A stretch of 64,000 bases of DNA from Ruminococcus sp. (GTDB lineage: Bacteria; Bacillota; Clostridia; Oscillospirales; Ruminococcaceae), in the NCBI GenBank assembly GCA_017460665.1, contig JAFUAO010000100.1, forward strand, positions 575 to 64,574. The letters run 5' to 3'. Of this stretch, positions 17,557 to 28,212 are shown one piece after another (positions within the stretch are counted from its first letter, which is position 1; each line of letters opens with the position of its first letter). The notes under the pieces are model-generated. The model was not told the DNA's origin. It was given only the letters and a program-made list of their open reading frames with translations, and searched no databases. Both the position numbers and the translations under genes were made by a program.

Positions 17557-18362
17557 AGCTGAAAAAATACCTTACCCTCACCCGTGCCGGGATCATCGAG
17601 GCCTTGCAGTTCCGGCTGGCAACGGTGGTCATGGTCATCGGCAACCTGCTCTACCTGATCGTGGTGTACTTCTTGTGGAAGGCGATCTACGCCTCCGCCG
17701 GGACAGATGTGGTCAACGGCATGACCTTCTCGGACACGCTGGTCTATCTGGTACTTGCTACGGCCCTGTTCAACTTCATGGAGATGTACACCGTCTGGGA
17801 GATCGGCAGGAGCATACAGTCCGGCAAGATCATCCTTGACCTGATAAAGCCGATCGAGTACCGGAAATACCTCTTCTGGAGCTACTCCGGCACCTTCGTG
17901 ACACAGTTCCTCTTCACCTTCCTGCCCACCTTCATCGTTGTGGCGGCAGTTACCCACGGAGCGATCCACCTTGGCGTGAACCTGCTGTTCTTCGCAGCCG
18001 CCGTGGTCATGGCGGTCTCCATAAACTACAGCATCGACTTCCTTGTGGGAACGGTCTGTCTGTTCACGGAGTCGATATGGGGCATAAACATCATGAAGCA
18101 GGTGATCGTGCTGCTGCTCTCGGGCGCAACGATACCTCTGGCCTTCTTCCCGGAAAAGCTCCGCAGCGTGGTGGAGCTGCTGCCCTTTGCGGCGATCTAC
18201 GACGTGCCGCTCAGGTTCCTGCTCTGGGACGGGATCAGCATGGAGCCTCAGGAGCCTTGGTGTATGCTGCTCTTCCAGCTCTTCTGGTGCCTGGTCATGA
18301 TGATCCTCAGCAAGCTCTTCTGGAAGGCCTCGCTCCGCCAGATCACAGTGAACGGAGGCTGA
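17553..18362 (+). CDS. ABC-2 family permease (DUF990-like)
   Basis: Six TM segments, IQSGKIILDLIKP motif, coupled to ATPase. Confidence 0.88.
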   Translation: MKLKKYLTLTRAGIIEALQFRLATVVMVIGNLLYLIVVYFLWKAIYASAGTDVVNGMTFSDTLVYLVLATALFNFMEMYTVWEIGRSIQSGKIILDLIKPIEYRKYLFWSYSGTFVTQFLFTFLPTFIVVAAVTHGAIHLGVNLLFFAAAVVMAVSINYSIDFLVGTVCLFTESIWGINIMKQVIVLLLSGATIPLAFFPEKLRSVVELLPFAAIYDVPLRFLLWDGISMEPQEPWCMLLFQLFWCLVMMILSKLFWKASLRQITVNGG

Positions 18363-18365
18363 GCT

Positions 18366-19169
18366 ATGAAAAAGAAAGGACTACGCTTCTACGCCGGGAT
18401 CTATTTCAGGATCCTCGCTCAGGACCTAAAGAGCAAGATGAGCTACCGGGCGGACTTCATCATCTCCACCATAGGTATGATATTCACCAATATATCGGGA
18501 TTTGTCAGCTTCTGGATACTCTTCCGCAGCTTCCCGTCAGTCAACGGCTGGAGCTACCACGAGATGCTGTTCCTGTACGGCTTCTCGCTGGTGTCGCTGA
18601 CGCCGGTACAGTGCCTCTTCGACAACAACTGGAGCCTGCGGCAGTACGTCTACTCCGGGGACTTCATCAAATACTGCTTCCGGCCGATCAACCTGTTTTT
18701 CTACTACCAGTCAGAGGTCTTCGACATCAAGGGACTGGGACAGCTTGCCTTCGGTATCGGCACGATCGCCTATTCCTGGGGGAAGATCGGGCTGGCCTTC
18801 ACGCCGCTTATGCTGATCAAGCTGATCGTGTTCCTGATGACGGCCTCGCTGATCATGATCGCTCTGCAAAACGCCGGAGCCGCTACCTGCTTCTGGATCC
18901 AGAACTCATTCTATGTGCTGGACCTGGCCTTTAGGTTCAAGGACTACGCTAAATACCCGATCACGATCTTCAGCCCTGTTTTCCGCTTCATCTTCACCTT
19001 CCTGATACCCATAGCCTTCATCGCCTATTATCCCAGCCTTGTGATCCTCCGGCCGGATCAGGTGCCGCTGCTGTCGTGGCTGTCGCCGTTGGTGGGGATA
19101 GTGTTCTTCTGGCTGAGCTACAAGCTCTGGATGTACGGAGCGACGAAGTACAGCGGTACGGGCTCATAA
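18366..19169 (+). CDS. ABC-2 family permease (DUF990-like)
   Basis: GWSYHEM, SGDFIKYCFRP, YPITIF motifs; ends YSGTGS. Confidence 0.88.
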   Translation: MKKKGLRFYAGIYFRILAQDLKSKMSYRADFIISTIGMIFTNISGFVSFWILFRSFPSVNGWSYHEMLFLYGFSLVSLTPVQCLFDNNWSLRQYVYSGDFIKYCFRPINLFFYYQSEVFDIKGLGQLAFGIGTIAYSWGKIGLAFTPLMLIKLIVFLMTASLIMIALQNAGAATCFWIQNSFYVLDLAFRFKDYAKYPITIFSPVFRFIFTFLIPIAFIAYYPSLVILRPDQVPLLSWLSPLVGIVFFWLSYKLWMYGATKYSGTGS

Positions 19170-19176
19170 CAAACAA

Positions 19177-19205
19177 AAGACCGAAGTGTTTAACACTTCG
19201 GTCTT
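19177..19205. terminator. Bidirectional intrinsic terminator
   Basis: AAGACCGAAGTGTT-t-AACACTTCGGTCTT between convergent genes. Confidence 0.75.
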
Positions 19206-19209
19206 GTTT

Positions 19210-21453
19210 TTATGTGAAGCTGAGCTGGTCTGCGTCGCCCAGCTCCTTGGCAGGCTTTCCTGCCGCCGGCACCGTTTTCGCACGGTACTTCTCCAGCTCC
19301 GCCATGCTCTCCGCATCAAGAGCCTTGGCTGACGCAAGTACAGCCTTCTTTTTCAGGGTCATGACCTGGACTCCCTGAGAGTCCCTGGTGGTCTTGGGCA
19401 GGATCATGCCGGTGTTGAACACCAGTGCATGGCCGCTGGAGCTCCTCAGCAGAACGTCGGTGTCCTCCTGAGCGAAGATCACAGCCACCAGCGGCGACTT
19501 GGCAGAATAGGCCTTTGCCAGCTTCTTGCGGTTGGTCTTGGTCTCATAGGAAGCCATCGGCACCTTCGCCGCCTTGCCGTTCTCGAAGAAGAACACCACA
19601 TAGCCGCTGTAGTCCGTGGTCGGGAACATCGCCGCAAGGCCCTCGCCCTCGTCGAAGCCCAGCTTTGCAGGGATATAGTCGCCCATGACGCTTGCCTTGG
19701 TGTCGTCAAAGGCACTGGCCCTGGACTTGTAGGCCTGGGCCTGATCCGAGAAGAAGACCAGCTCGGCCTTGTTGGTGGTCTCGAAGCTCTGGCTGATGTA
19801 GTCGCCCTCCTTGAGCTTCTGCTCGCTGCTCATTCGCAGGGACTGAGGGGTGATCTTCTTGAAATAGCCGCTGCGTGAAACGAAGAGGTCCACCTGATAG
19901 TCGGGGGTTTCGTCGTTTTCCTCTTCCTCCTCCACGTCGGACTGGTAGTAGAACATGGTCTTTCTGGGCTGAGCGTAGTTCTTGATAACGTCCTTCAGCT
20001 CGCCCATGATGATCTTCCGGATCTTTTTCTTGTCCCGGAGGATCTCCTCCATTTCGGCGATGTCAGCTCTGAGCTGATCCACCTCCTCAACTCTGCGGAG
20101 GATATACTGCTTGTTGATATTCCTCAGCTTGATCTCGGCAACGTACTCAGCCTGGATCTCATCTATGCCGAAGCCGATCATCAGGTTAGGCACCACATCG
20201 GCCTCGTTCTCGGTCTCACGGATGATACGGATAGCCTTGTCGATGTCCAGCAGGATCTTGCTGAGGGCCTCCAGCAGGTGGAGCTTCTCCTTCTTCTTCT
20301 GGAGGTCGTGGTAGGTCCGCCTGTGGACGCACTCCTCACGGAAGGCTATCCACTCGGTGAGGATCTCACGGACGCCCATGACACGGGGAGTCCCGGCGAT
20401 CAGGATATTGAAATTGCAGGGGAAGCTGTCCTGGAGGGGCGTGAGCCTGTACAGCTTCTGCATCAGCTTGTCAGGGTCGGTGCTGCGCTTTAGGTCGATA
20501 GCGATCTTCAGGCCGTTGATGTCGGTCTCGTCACGGGTGTAGGAGATCCCGGTGACCTTTCCTGCCTTCACCAGCTCGTCGATCTTGTTGATGATCGCCT
20601 CGATCGTAGTGGAGTAGGGGATCTCAGTGATCTCGATACAGTTAGAGGCCTTGTCGTAGTTATACTTTGAGCGCACCTTTATGCTGCCACGGCCGGTGTC
20701 GATGATCTTTTTCAGCTCCTCCTCGTCGTAGAGCATGAGGCCTCCGCCGGGGAAATCCGGGCCCTTGAGGGTGCTGAGTATGTCATGGTCGGGGTCCTTC
20801 ATCAGGGCGATAGTGGTCTCGCAGACCTCCTCAAGATTGAAGGAGCAGATATTGCTGGCCATGGAAACTGCGATGCCCATGTTGGCATTGACCAGCACTG
20901 TGGGGAATGTGGCCGGCAGAAGTGTCGGCTCCTGCATGGTGTTGTCGTAGTTGGGGACGAAGTCCACGGTCTCCTTGTCGATGTCCCGGAAGAGCTCGGC
21001 GCAGATCTTCTCCAGCTTCACCTCGGTATAACGGGCTGCGGCGAAGTACATCTTGCTGGAATACTGCTTTCCGAAGTTGCCCTTTGAGTCGACGTATGGG
21101 TGGAGCAGCGACTCGTTTCCCCTTGTAAGGCGGACCATGGTCTCGTAGATAGCCTGATCTCCGTGAGGGTTGAGCTTCATGGTCTCGCCCACCACGTTTG
21201 CGGACTTAGACCTCTCCTTATCAGGCGACAGCAGGCCCTTCTTGTACATCATGTACAGCAGCTTTCTGTGGGAGGGCTTGAAGCCGTCGATCTCCGGCAG
21301 GGCACGGGACACGATGACGCTCATGGCGTAGGGCATATAGTTCTTTATGAGGGTATCGGCGATCTTCTCATTGACCACGCTGCCGGAGCCCTCGATATAG
21401 GCCTCGTGCTGGAAGACCGGCTTTTTCTTCTGTGTTTCTTTTTTTCTTGCCAT
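19210..21453 (-). CDS. Type IIA topoisomerase subunit A (ParC-like; no GyrA-box seen)
   Basis: SRALPEIDGFKPSHR, PHGD, AARYTE (catalytic Tyr); no QxRGGKG motif. Confidence 0.92.
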   Translation of the reverse strand: MARKKETQKKKPVFQHEAYIEGSGSVVNEKIADTLIKNYMPYAMSVIVSRALPEIDGFKPSHRKLLYMMYKKGLLSPDKERSKSANVVGETMKLNPHGDQAIYETMVRLTRGNESLLHPYVDSKGNFGKQYSSKMYFAAARYTEVKLEKICAELFRDIDKETVDFVPNYDNTMQEPTLLPATFPTVLVNANMGIAVSMASNICSFNLEEVCETTIALMKDPDHDILSTLKGPDFPGGGLMLYDEEELKKIIDTGRGSIKVRSKYNYDKASNCIEITEIPYSTTIEAIINKIDELVKAGKVTGISYTRDETDINGLKIAIDLKRSTDPDKLMQKLYRLTPLQDSFPCNFNILIAGTPRVMGVREILTEWIAFREECVHRRTYHDLQKKKEKLHLLEALSKILLDIDKAIRIIRETENEADVVPNLMIGFGIDEIQAEYVAEIKLRNINKQYILRRVEEVDQLRADIAEMEEILRDKKKIRKIIMGELKDVIKNYAQPRKTMFYYQSDVEEEEENDETPDYQVDLFVSRSGYFKKITPQSLRMSSEQKLKEGDYISQSFETTNKAELVFFSDQAQAYKSRASAFDDTKASVMGDYIPAKLGFDEGEGLAAMFPTTDYSGYVVFFFENGKAAKVPMASYETKTNRKKLAKAYSAKSPLVAVIFAQEDTDVLLRSSSGHALVFNTGMILPKTTRDSQGVQVMTLKKKAVLASAKALDAESMAELEKYRAKTVPAAGKPAKELGDADQLSFT

Positions 21454-21469
21454 TTTCTTCTCCTTACGG

Positions 21470-23449
21470 TCAGCTTATGTCAGCCAGCTCCAGATAGTCG
21501 GCGCCGTTCTCGGAAATATAGTCCTTGCGCCCCTGGAGGTCGTCGCCCAATAGCATCTCAAAGATCTCAGCAGACTCGGTTATATCGTCGGCAGTCACTT
21601 TGATGAGGCGGCGTGTATCGGGAGCCATGGTAGTCAGGCTCATCATGTCCGGCTCGTTCTCACCGAGACCCTTTGAGCGCTGGATCGTATGCTTCTTGTC
21701 GCCGATCTCCTTGAGGATCCTTTCCTTTTCCTGCTCGGTGTAAGCAAAATAGGTCTTCTCCTTGGTGTTGATCTCGAACAGGGGAGACTCTGCGATATAG
21801 ACGTAGCCCTCGCTGATAAGGGTGGGGGTCAGCCTGTAGAGCATGGTGAGGATCAGGGTCCTGATCTGGAAGCCGTCCACGTCCGCATCGGTACAGATCA
21901 CGATCTTGCTCCAGCGGAAGTTGTCGATATTGAAATTGGAGAGCTCCTTGTTGGCCTTTGAGTTTATCTCCACACCGCAGCCAAGGACCTTGATCAGGTC
22001 GGTGATGATCTCGCTCTTGAAGATCTTAGTGTAGTCGGCCTTCAGGCAGTTGAGGATCTTTCCTCTTACAGGTATGACTGCCTGGAATTCGGCGTCTCTG
22101 GCCAGCTTTACCGAGCCCAGCGCCGAATCGCCCTCCACGATGTAGATCTCTCTTCTGGAAACGTCCTTAGTGCGGCAGTCAACGAACTTCTCCACCTTGT
22201 TGGCAAGGTCGATGTTGCCGGTGAGCTTCTTGCGGACGTTGAGCCTTACCTTCTCGGCGTTCTCACGGGAGCGCTTGTTGATCAGGACCTGCTCGGCGAT
22301 CTTCTGGGCCTCGTCTGGGTTCTCGATGAAGTATACCTCCAGCTGGTGGCGGAGGAACTCCACCATAGCCTCACGGATGAACTTGTTTGTTATGGCCTTC
22401 TTGGTCTGGTTGGCGTAGGAGGCGATCGTAGAGAAGTTGGAGGATACCAGCACAAGGCACTCCTCCACGTCCTCGAACTTTATCTTGCTCTCGTTCTTCT
22501 GATAGCCGTTCACAGACTTGATGTAGGCGTCGATCTGGGCCGGGACCGCCCTCTTCACGGCTTCTGCCGGAGAGCCGCCGTGCTCCAGAAAGCTGGAATT
22601 GTGGTAGTGCTCGATCCGCTTGACCTTGTTGGAGAAGGTCAGCGCCACGTCGAACTTCACCTTGTACTCGGGCTTGTCGTCACGGTCACGGCCCTTTTTC
22701 TCCGCAGACCAGCGCTGTATAGAGGTGAGTGCGTCCTCCCCCACGATCTCAGAAACGTAGTCAGCGATGCCGTTCTCGTAGAAAAACTCGGTCTCGTCGA
22801 AGCCTCCGTCCTCGTTCTGTGAGCGAAAGACGAACAGGATCCCCGGGTTGACCACGGCCTGTCTTTTCAGAATATCGAAGAAATACTCGTCGGAAACGTT
22901 TATATCCGTGAACACCTCAAGGTCCGGGCGCCAGCGGGTCTTGGTGCCGGTCTGCTTGCGCTTGCAGGGCTCCTTTTGCAGGCCGCCGATGTTCTCGCCC
23001 TTCTCGAAGTGGAGGGAATACTTGAAGCCGTCCCTTACGACCTCAACGTCCATGAACGAGGAGGAATACTGAGTTGCACAAAGTCCCAGGCCGTTCAGTC
23101 CCAGGGAGAACTCATAGCTCTCGGCGTTTGCGTCGTACTTGCCTCCTGCATAGAGCTCGCAGTACACGAGCTCCCAGTTATAACGCTTTTCAGCGTTGTT
23201 GTAATCCACAGGGCAGCCACGTCCGAAGTCCTCTACCTCGATGTCGTGGTCACGGAAGTGTGTAACTATGATCTTCTGGCCGAAGCCTGCTCTTGCCTCG
23301 TCGATGGAGTTGGAGATGACCTCGAAAACAGAGTGCTCGCAGCCGTCAAGGCCGTCTGAGCCGAAAATAACAGCCGGGCGCTTGCGGACCCTGTCCGGGC
23401 CCTTTAGGCTGGTTATACTGTCGTTGCCGTAATCCTTTTTCTTTGCCAT
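21470..23449 (-). CDS. Type IIA topoisomerase subunit B (ParE/GyrB family)
   Basis: EVISNSIDE, DFGRG, GLNGLG, IVEGDSA (TOPRIM), TDADVDG, KGLGE; ATG 23449. Confidence 0.92.
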   Translation of the reverse strand: MAKKKDYGNDSITSLKGPDRVRKRPAVIFGSDGLDGCEHSVFEVISNSIDEARAGFGQKIIVTHFRDHDIEVEDFGRGCPVDYNNAEKRYNWELVYCELYAGGKYDANAESYEFSLGLNGLGLCATQYSSSFMDVEVVRDGFKYSLHFEKGENIGGLQKEPCKRKQTGTKTRWRPDLEVFTDINVSDEYFFDILKRQAVVNPGILFVFRSQNEDGGFDETEFFYENGIADYVSEIVGEDALTSIQRWSAEKKGRDRDDKPEYKVKFDVALTFSNKVKRIEHYHNSSFLEHGGSPAEAVKRAVPAQIDAYIKSVNGYQKNESKIKFEDVEECLVLVSSNFSTIASYANQTKKAITNKFIREAMVEFLRHQLEVYFIENPDEAQKIAEQVLINKRSRENAEKVRLNVRKKLTGNIDLANKVEKFVDCRTKDVSRREIYIVEGDSALGSVKLARDAEFQAVIPVRGKILNCLKADYTKIFKSEIITDLIKVLGCGVEINSKANKELSNFNIDNFRWSKIVICTDADVDGFQIRTLILTMLYRLTPTLISEGYVYIAESPLFEINTKEKTYFAYTEQEKERILKEIGDKKHTIQRSKGLGENEPDMMSLTTMAPDTRRLIKVTADDITESAEIFEMLLGDDLQGRKDYISENGADYLELADIS

Positions 23450-23744
23450 GATGATACCGCACAGGGCGGAGCTCCTTTCACAAATTTGACCTATCCTTAT
23501 TATTATAGCACATATTTTCGGGAAATGCAAGCGATCTGAGCTATGAAGGGCAGGATCCTTGCGATCCGGATAAAAGTGTGATATAATAAATGCAAAGCAT
23601 TTATCATACTTTATCTAAAAGCCCTTGCAGATACGCAGATCTTCGATCTGCTCCCTGCATATCGGGCAATTATACCACAACGCTGCGCTTATGTGGTATA
23701 ATGCAAGTTACACACAGATAATAAATACACACGGAGGCAACACT

Positions 23745-24164
23745 ATGGAAAACGCAAACCTTATTTTGTGCGCTGTTACTGCAGCGGCACTGGATATATG
23801 CGCTCTGGTACTGATCTTCGCAGCCTATCGGGAGAAAAGCACGGCCAAGAAGCGCTGGGCAAGGATCTCCTCCAATATGGAGCTGGTAGAGCCGGGAGCT
23901 ACCTACCCCTTGGGCTGTGACGAGGTGCTCATCGGCAGGCACGCCTCGGCGGACATACGGATCCCGGACCTGTCAGTTTCCCGCTATCACGCTATGATGA
24001 CCGTTTCCGACGGGGTCTGGACCATCAAGGACATGGGCTCACGGTCGGGGGTCTACGTCAACGGCGTCCTGGTCAAGGAGGCAAAGCTCAGGGAAAACGA
24101 CATCATCAATCTTGGCAGCCGCCGCCTGATCTTTCGCAGAAGGAGGGACAAGCATGAAAAGTAA
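23745..24164 (+). CDS. FHA-domain membrane protein
   Basis: N-terminal TM, IGRH, SVSRYHA, DMGSRSGVYVNG; GGAGG RBS. Confidence 0.9.
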   Translation: MENANLILCAVTAAALDICALVLIFAAYREKSTAKKRWARISSNMELVEPGATYPLGCDEVLIGRHASADIRIPDLSVSRYHAMMTVSDGVWTIKDMGSRSGVYVNGVLVKEAKLRENDIINLGSRRLIFRRRRDKHEK

Positions 24165-25455
24165 CCCCTTCGCCTACGTCATATCCGGGCTATTCGTGCT
24201 GCTGGCCCACTGTGCTATGCTGGCGAATATCCTCTACAACGGAAATTACGAACAGATCGGCGACGTGTGGAGCCTTGCTGCTGCCGTCCTAGGGCTGGAC
24301 CTTGCTTGGGCGATCCTCATGCCATTTTTCCGCCAGCACACCCACACCGTTGACTTCATTCTGATCCTGATCCTCAACATGAGCCTGATCTTCCAGTCCT
24401 GCTTCGGAGGGGTCCACCTGTCAGTGAAGCACATGATCACCTGTATCGCTGCCCTCATCGCAAGCCGTATCGGCTTCCTTGTGTGCCGGGACCACAACTG
24501 GATCGCCAGACAGAAAAAGCTGATCTGGATCGGTATCGGGCTGGTCATGATCGTGATACTCCTCTTCACCGGCAGCCGCAGTATGTGGATCGACATGGGC
24601 TCCTTCACGATCCAGCCCTCTGAGCTGCTCAAGCCCCTGCTGGTCATGGCCTGCGCCACATCGGTCGCCGAGCAGCAGAAGAAGCACAAGCTGCTTTGGT
24701 TCAACGTGGTCTGGGAGAACCTGATCCTTCTGGGGATCACCGCAGCGATCTGCCTTTTGCAGTGGTGGTGCAGGGACCTTGGGAGCATCCCCACCTTCGC
24801 CGGGATCTATGCAGCAGGCTTCTTCATGCGGATCTGCTACCCAAAGGCAAAGTTCTCGAAGAAGACCCTCATCGGAGCAGGTATCGCTGTTCTGGTGATC
24901 GCCGGCATCGGCATAAAGCTGGCCCCGGCCTATGTTCGGGACAGGCTATTCGTGGATATTTGGAGCGATAAGACCGGCAACGGCTATCAGCAGTCTCAGG
25001 CCCTCATCGCTATCGCCGACGGAGGCTGGTTCGGGAAAGGCCCAGGAAAGGGCTTCCTCCACAACGTTTTCGCCTATGAGAGCGACATCGTTTTCTCAAC
25101 GATAAGCGAGGAATGGGGACTCCTCTTCGCCCTTATGATGATCTTTATACTCCTGCTCATGCTGGCAGTTCCCCTGATCAATCCGCCCAGATCCTACTAC
25201 CACGGCACCCTTGCCGCCGGGGTCTGCGCTGCGTTCACAGTGCAGATGGCGCTGAACATCTTCGGCTCCTGCAATATGATCCCCTTCACGGGAGTAACTA
25301 TCCCCTTCATCTCCATGGGAGGCACCTCCATGGTCACCAGCGGACTTATGGCAGGTATGCTCATAGCCTCTCAGTCGCCCTCATTCGGGAAGCTCCCGGC
25401 TAAAAAGAAAAGACCGTCAGCCCGTCCGGCTGTCAGAAAGGGGGCAGGCGCATGA
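24154..25455 (+). CDS. SEDS-family (FtsW/RodA/SpoVE) peptidoglycan polymerase
   Basis: SFTIQPSELLK, GYQQSQAL, GGWFGKGPG, ESDIVFS, GVTIPFISMGGTS. Confidence 0.9.
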   Translation: MKSNPFAYVISGLFVLLAHCAMLANILYNGNYEQIGDVWSLAAAVLGLDLAWAILMPFFRQHTHTVDFILILILNMSLIFQSCFGGVHLSVKHMITCIAALIASRIGFLVCRDHNWIARQKKLIWIGIGLVMIVILLFTGSRSMWIDMGSFTIQPSELLKPLLVMACATSVAEQQKKHKLLWFNVVWENLILLGITAAICLLQWWCRDLGSIPTFAGIYAAGFFMRICYPKAKFSKKTLIGAGIAVLVIAGIGIKLAPAYVRDRLFVDIWSDKTGNGYQQSQALIAIADGGWFGKGPGKGFLHNVFAYESDIVFSTISEEWGLLFALMMIFILLLMLAVPLINPPRSYYHGTLAAGVCAAFTVQMALNIFGSCNMIPFTGVTIPFISMGGTSMVTSGLMAGMLIASQSPSFGKLPAKKKRPSARPAVRKGAGA

Positions 25456-26807
25456 AAAGCATAAAGCGCACTCAGCGGATCATCACGCTGTTCCTGCTGC
25501 TGTTCATCACAGGCATGGCCGCTCTGGTGATCAAGATCCAGCGTGAGTCTCCGTTTTATATGATGAACTCCGACAAGCATGAGCTGGGCATGGTCTACGA
25601 CCGCAACGGCGAGGTGATCTTCGACGGATCGGGGAAAACTCAGTTCCCCGAGGGCTCGCTCATCGACCTCGGCAACCTTATCGGTGACGACAAGGGCCAG
25701 ATGTCCAACACCCTCGTTGCTCAGAATATCGACAAGCTCAACAACTACAGCTTCAACGCCGGTCTCGTTAAGGAGGGCGGAAAGGCTGCGATCTATACCA
25801 CCCTCGACCACTATGCCGACCGTGCGGTCTATAATGCTTACATGGGAGCTAAGGGCTGTGCGGTGGCCTATAACTACAAGACCGGCGAGATATTGGTCTG
25901 CACCAGCCTTCCCAACATCGACGTGACAAAGGGATATGAGGGGATCGCTGACTTTGAGACGGGCACCCTCATCTCGAAGGCCCTCTACGGGACAGTTCCC
26001 GGCTCCACCCAGAAGGTCTCCACAGTGATCACTGCCCTGGAGATCATGGGAGCGGACAAGCTCTTCTCCAAGAGCTTCACCTGCACGGGCCACTACACCA
26101 ACAAAAACGGCGACGTCATCGACTGTCACAACACCTCCGGCCACGGCGAGCAGAATATCCAGCAGGCCGTGGAGAATAGCTGCAACCCCTTCTTCGCACA
26201 GCTCGTAGCCGATCCGGATATGCCTCTGAACAGCATCAAGAAGGTCTATTCAAGGCTGGGCTATGCGGTCAACGGCGAGGAGGAGCAGTACATCGACATC
26301 GACGGGATCCAGTGCGAGAGAGCCTCCACTACCCTCGTCGACTCCAACGATTTCAACACCCAGTGGGCCTGTATCGGCCAGGGCGAGACCCTCGTCAGCC
26401 CGATCCAGCTCATGATGTGGCAGAGCGCTATCGCCAACGGCACCGGCAAGATGACTATGCCTCACATCATCGACCGTGTCACCGACGTTTACGGCGAGGT
26501 CTCGGAGCTGAGCAAGACCACCTACAGCAAGCAGCTGTTCTCGGAGGATACGGCCTCCACTATGCGCCAGATCCTGCTGACTAACGGCGCAAACCACTAC
26601 TCCGGCTCGATCCCCGGCTATACTCTGGGCATAAAGAGCGGCACGGCGCAGGTGAAGAACGGCGATGAGGACAACTCTCTGCTGGTGGGATTTGTGGACG
26701 ACCCACGGCACCCGATCGCCTTCTGTGTGCTCCTTGAGGACCGCTACAGCACTCCCGTCACCAGCGAGCAGATCGTCAGCGCTATGCTGAACGCTATCTG
26801 CAACTAA
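25452..26807 (+). CDS. Class B penicillin-binding protein (transpeptidase)
   Basis: PGSTQK (SxxK), SCN (SxN), KSG(T) motifs. Confidence 0.9.
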   Translation: MKSIKRTQRIITLFLLLFITGMAALVIKIQRESPFYMMNSDKHELGMVYDRNGEVIFDGSGKTQFPEGSLIDLGNLIGDDKGQMSNTLVAQNIDKLNNYSFNAGLVKEGGKAAIYTTLDHYADRAVYNAYMGAKGCAVAYNYKTGEILVCTSLPNIDVTKGYEGIADFETGTLISKALYGTVPGSTQKVSTVITALEIMGADKLFSKSFTCTGHYTNKNGDVIDCHNTSGHGEQNIQQAVENSCNPFFAQLVADPDMPLNSIKKVYSRLGYAVNGEEEQYIDIDGIQCERASTTLVDSNDFNTQWACIGQGETLVSPIQLMMWQSAIANGTGKMTMPHIIDRVTDVYGEVSELSKTTYSKQLFSEDTASTMRQILLTNGANHYSGSIPGYTLGIKSGTAQVKNGDEDNSLLVGFVDDPRHPIAFCVLLEDRYSTPVTSEQIVSAMLNAICN

Positions 26808-26953
26808 CTGTCATTATCACCAGATCGGGGAGAAAACCCTGTACAGTTTCAACAAAATTAACAAAAAATACTTGTAATTTTTAACTGCCCATGGTATAAT
26901 ATAACCATAAAATAAGCTGCTCCTAGGAACAGCTCAAAGGAGGACATCTATCT

Positions 26954-27481
26954 ATGAAAACTACTATCACCGCTAAGAAAATGCAGGTACCACAGAACTT
27001 CACAGAATACGCAGAAAAGAGGATCGATTCAAAGCTTGATAAATTCTTCGGCAGTGAGGCCGACGCAAAGATCGTTATGTCCGAGGTCAAGAACCAGATC
27101 ATTCTGGAGCTTACAGTCAAATACAACAGCATGATCTTCCGTGCTCAGAATACAGCCATCGACAAGACCGACGCCCTCGACGCTGCTATCGATAAGATCA
27201 TCAGGCAGATCCGCAAGAACAAGACCAAGGTGGAGAAGAAGCTCAAGGATACCGCCTTCAAGGAGGCCTTCGCTGAGCCCGTCGAGGAGATCCCGGATTA
27301 CGAGATCATCAAGCACAAGAAGTTCAAGATGCGCCCCATGGACGTTGAGGAGGCTATCCTCCAGATGAACCTGCTCAGCCATGAGTTCTTCATGTTCACC
27401 AACGCTGCTACCGGCCAGATCAATGTGGTCTACCTCCGTGACGACGGAAAGTACGCTGTTCTTGAGCCCGACATGGAATGA
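26954..27481 (+). CDS. hpf: Ribosome hibernation promoting factor, long form
   Basis: N-terminal HPF/YfiA domain plus PMDVEEAILQMNLLSHEFFMF C-terminal domain. Confidence 0.92.
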   Translation: MKTTITAKKMQVPQNFTEYAEKRIDSKLDKFFGSEADAKIVMSEVKNQIILELTVKYNSMIFRAQNTAIDKTDALDAAIDKIIRQIRKNKTKVEKKLKDTAFKEAFAEPVEEIPDYEIIKHKKFKMRPMDVEEAILQMNLLSHEFFMFTNAATGQINVVYLRDDGKYAVLEPDME

Positions 27482-27539
27482 CTTACGACAAAATGCGGAG
27501 CCTTTGCGCTCCGCATATTTTATAAAAAGGAGAAGTATC

Positions 27540-28211
27540 ATGGACGCCAATAAAAAAACTGTTATCGAAGCAAGGATCATGGCCGTTGGCGAGAAGCTGA
27601 AAAAGAACAACATGGAGTTCTACTACGCCCCCACAGCCGCAGAGGTCTGTCCGATCGTGGACTCACTGATGAAGGAGGGCGATACCGTCACCCACGGAGG
27701 AAGCGTCTCTATGGGAGAGTGCGGGATCATGGAGCTCCTGAAGTCAGGGAAGTATGACTACCTAGACCGCAGCAAGGCGACTACGCCGGAGGAGTCTAAG
27801 GAGATCTACCGGAAGTCCTTCTTTGCGGACGTTTACATCTCCAGCACGAACGCTATCACCGAGGACGGAGTACTGTACAACGTTGACGGGAACTCCAACC
27901 GTATCGCCGCTATCGCATACGGTCCGGACTCTGTGATCATCATCGCCGGCTACAACAAGATCGTGAAGGATCTTGATGAGGCCGAGATCCGTGTCAAGAG
28001 AGAGGCTGCTCCGCCCAACTGCGTGAGACTGAGCTGTGATACGCCCTGCTCAAAGACGGGCAAGTGCGTCTCGCTGTCCAAGGCAGACCGCCAGATCAGC
28101 GACGGCTGCGGAGGCGACGGCCGGATCTGCTGCAACTACCTGATCTCAGCCCAGCAGCGACACAAGGGCAGGATCAAGGTGATCATCGTCGGCGAGGAGC
28201 TGGGATATTGA
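27540..28211 (+). CDS. Lactate utilisation (LUD-domain) protein
   Basis: SSTNAITEDG, NVDGNSNR, IIAGYNKIV, REAAPPN, CSKTGKC; ATG 27540 after AAGGAG. Confidence 0.85.
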   Translation: MDANKKTVIEARIMAVGEKLKKNNMEFYYAPTAAEVCPIVDSLMKEGDTVTHGGSVSMGECGIMELLKSGKYDYLDRSKATTPEESKEIYRKSFFADVYISSTNAITEDGVLYNVDGNSNRIAAIAYGPDSVIIIAGYNKIVKDLDEAEIRVKREAAPPNCVRLSCDTPCSKTGKCVSLSKADRQISDGCGGDGRICCNYLISAQQRHKGRIKVIIVGEELGY

Positions 28212-28212
28212 T

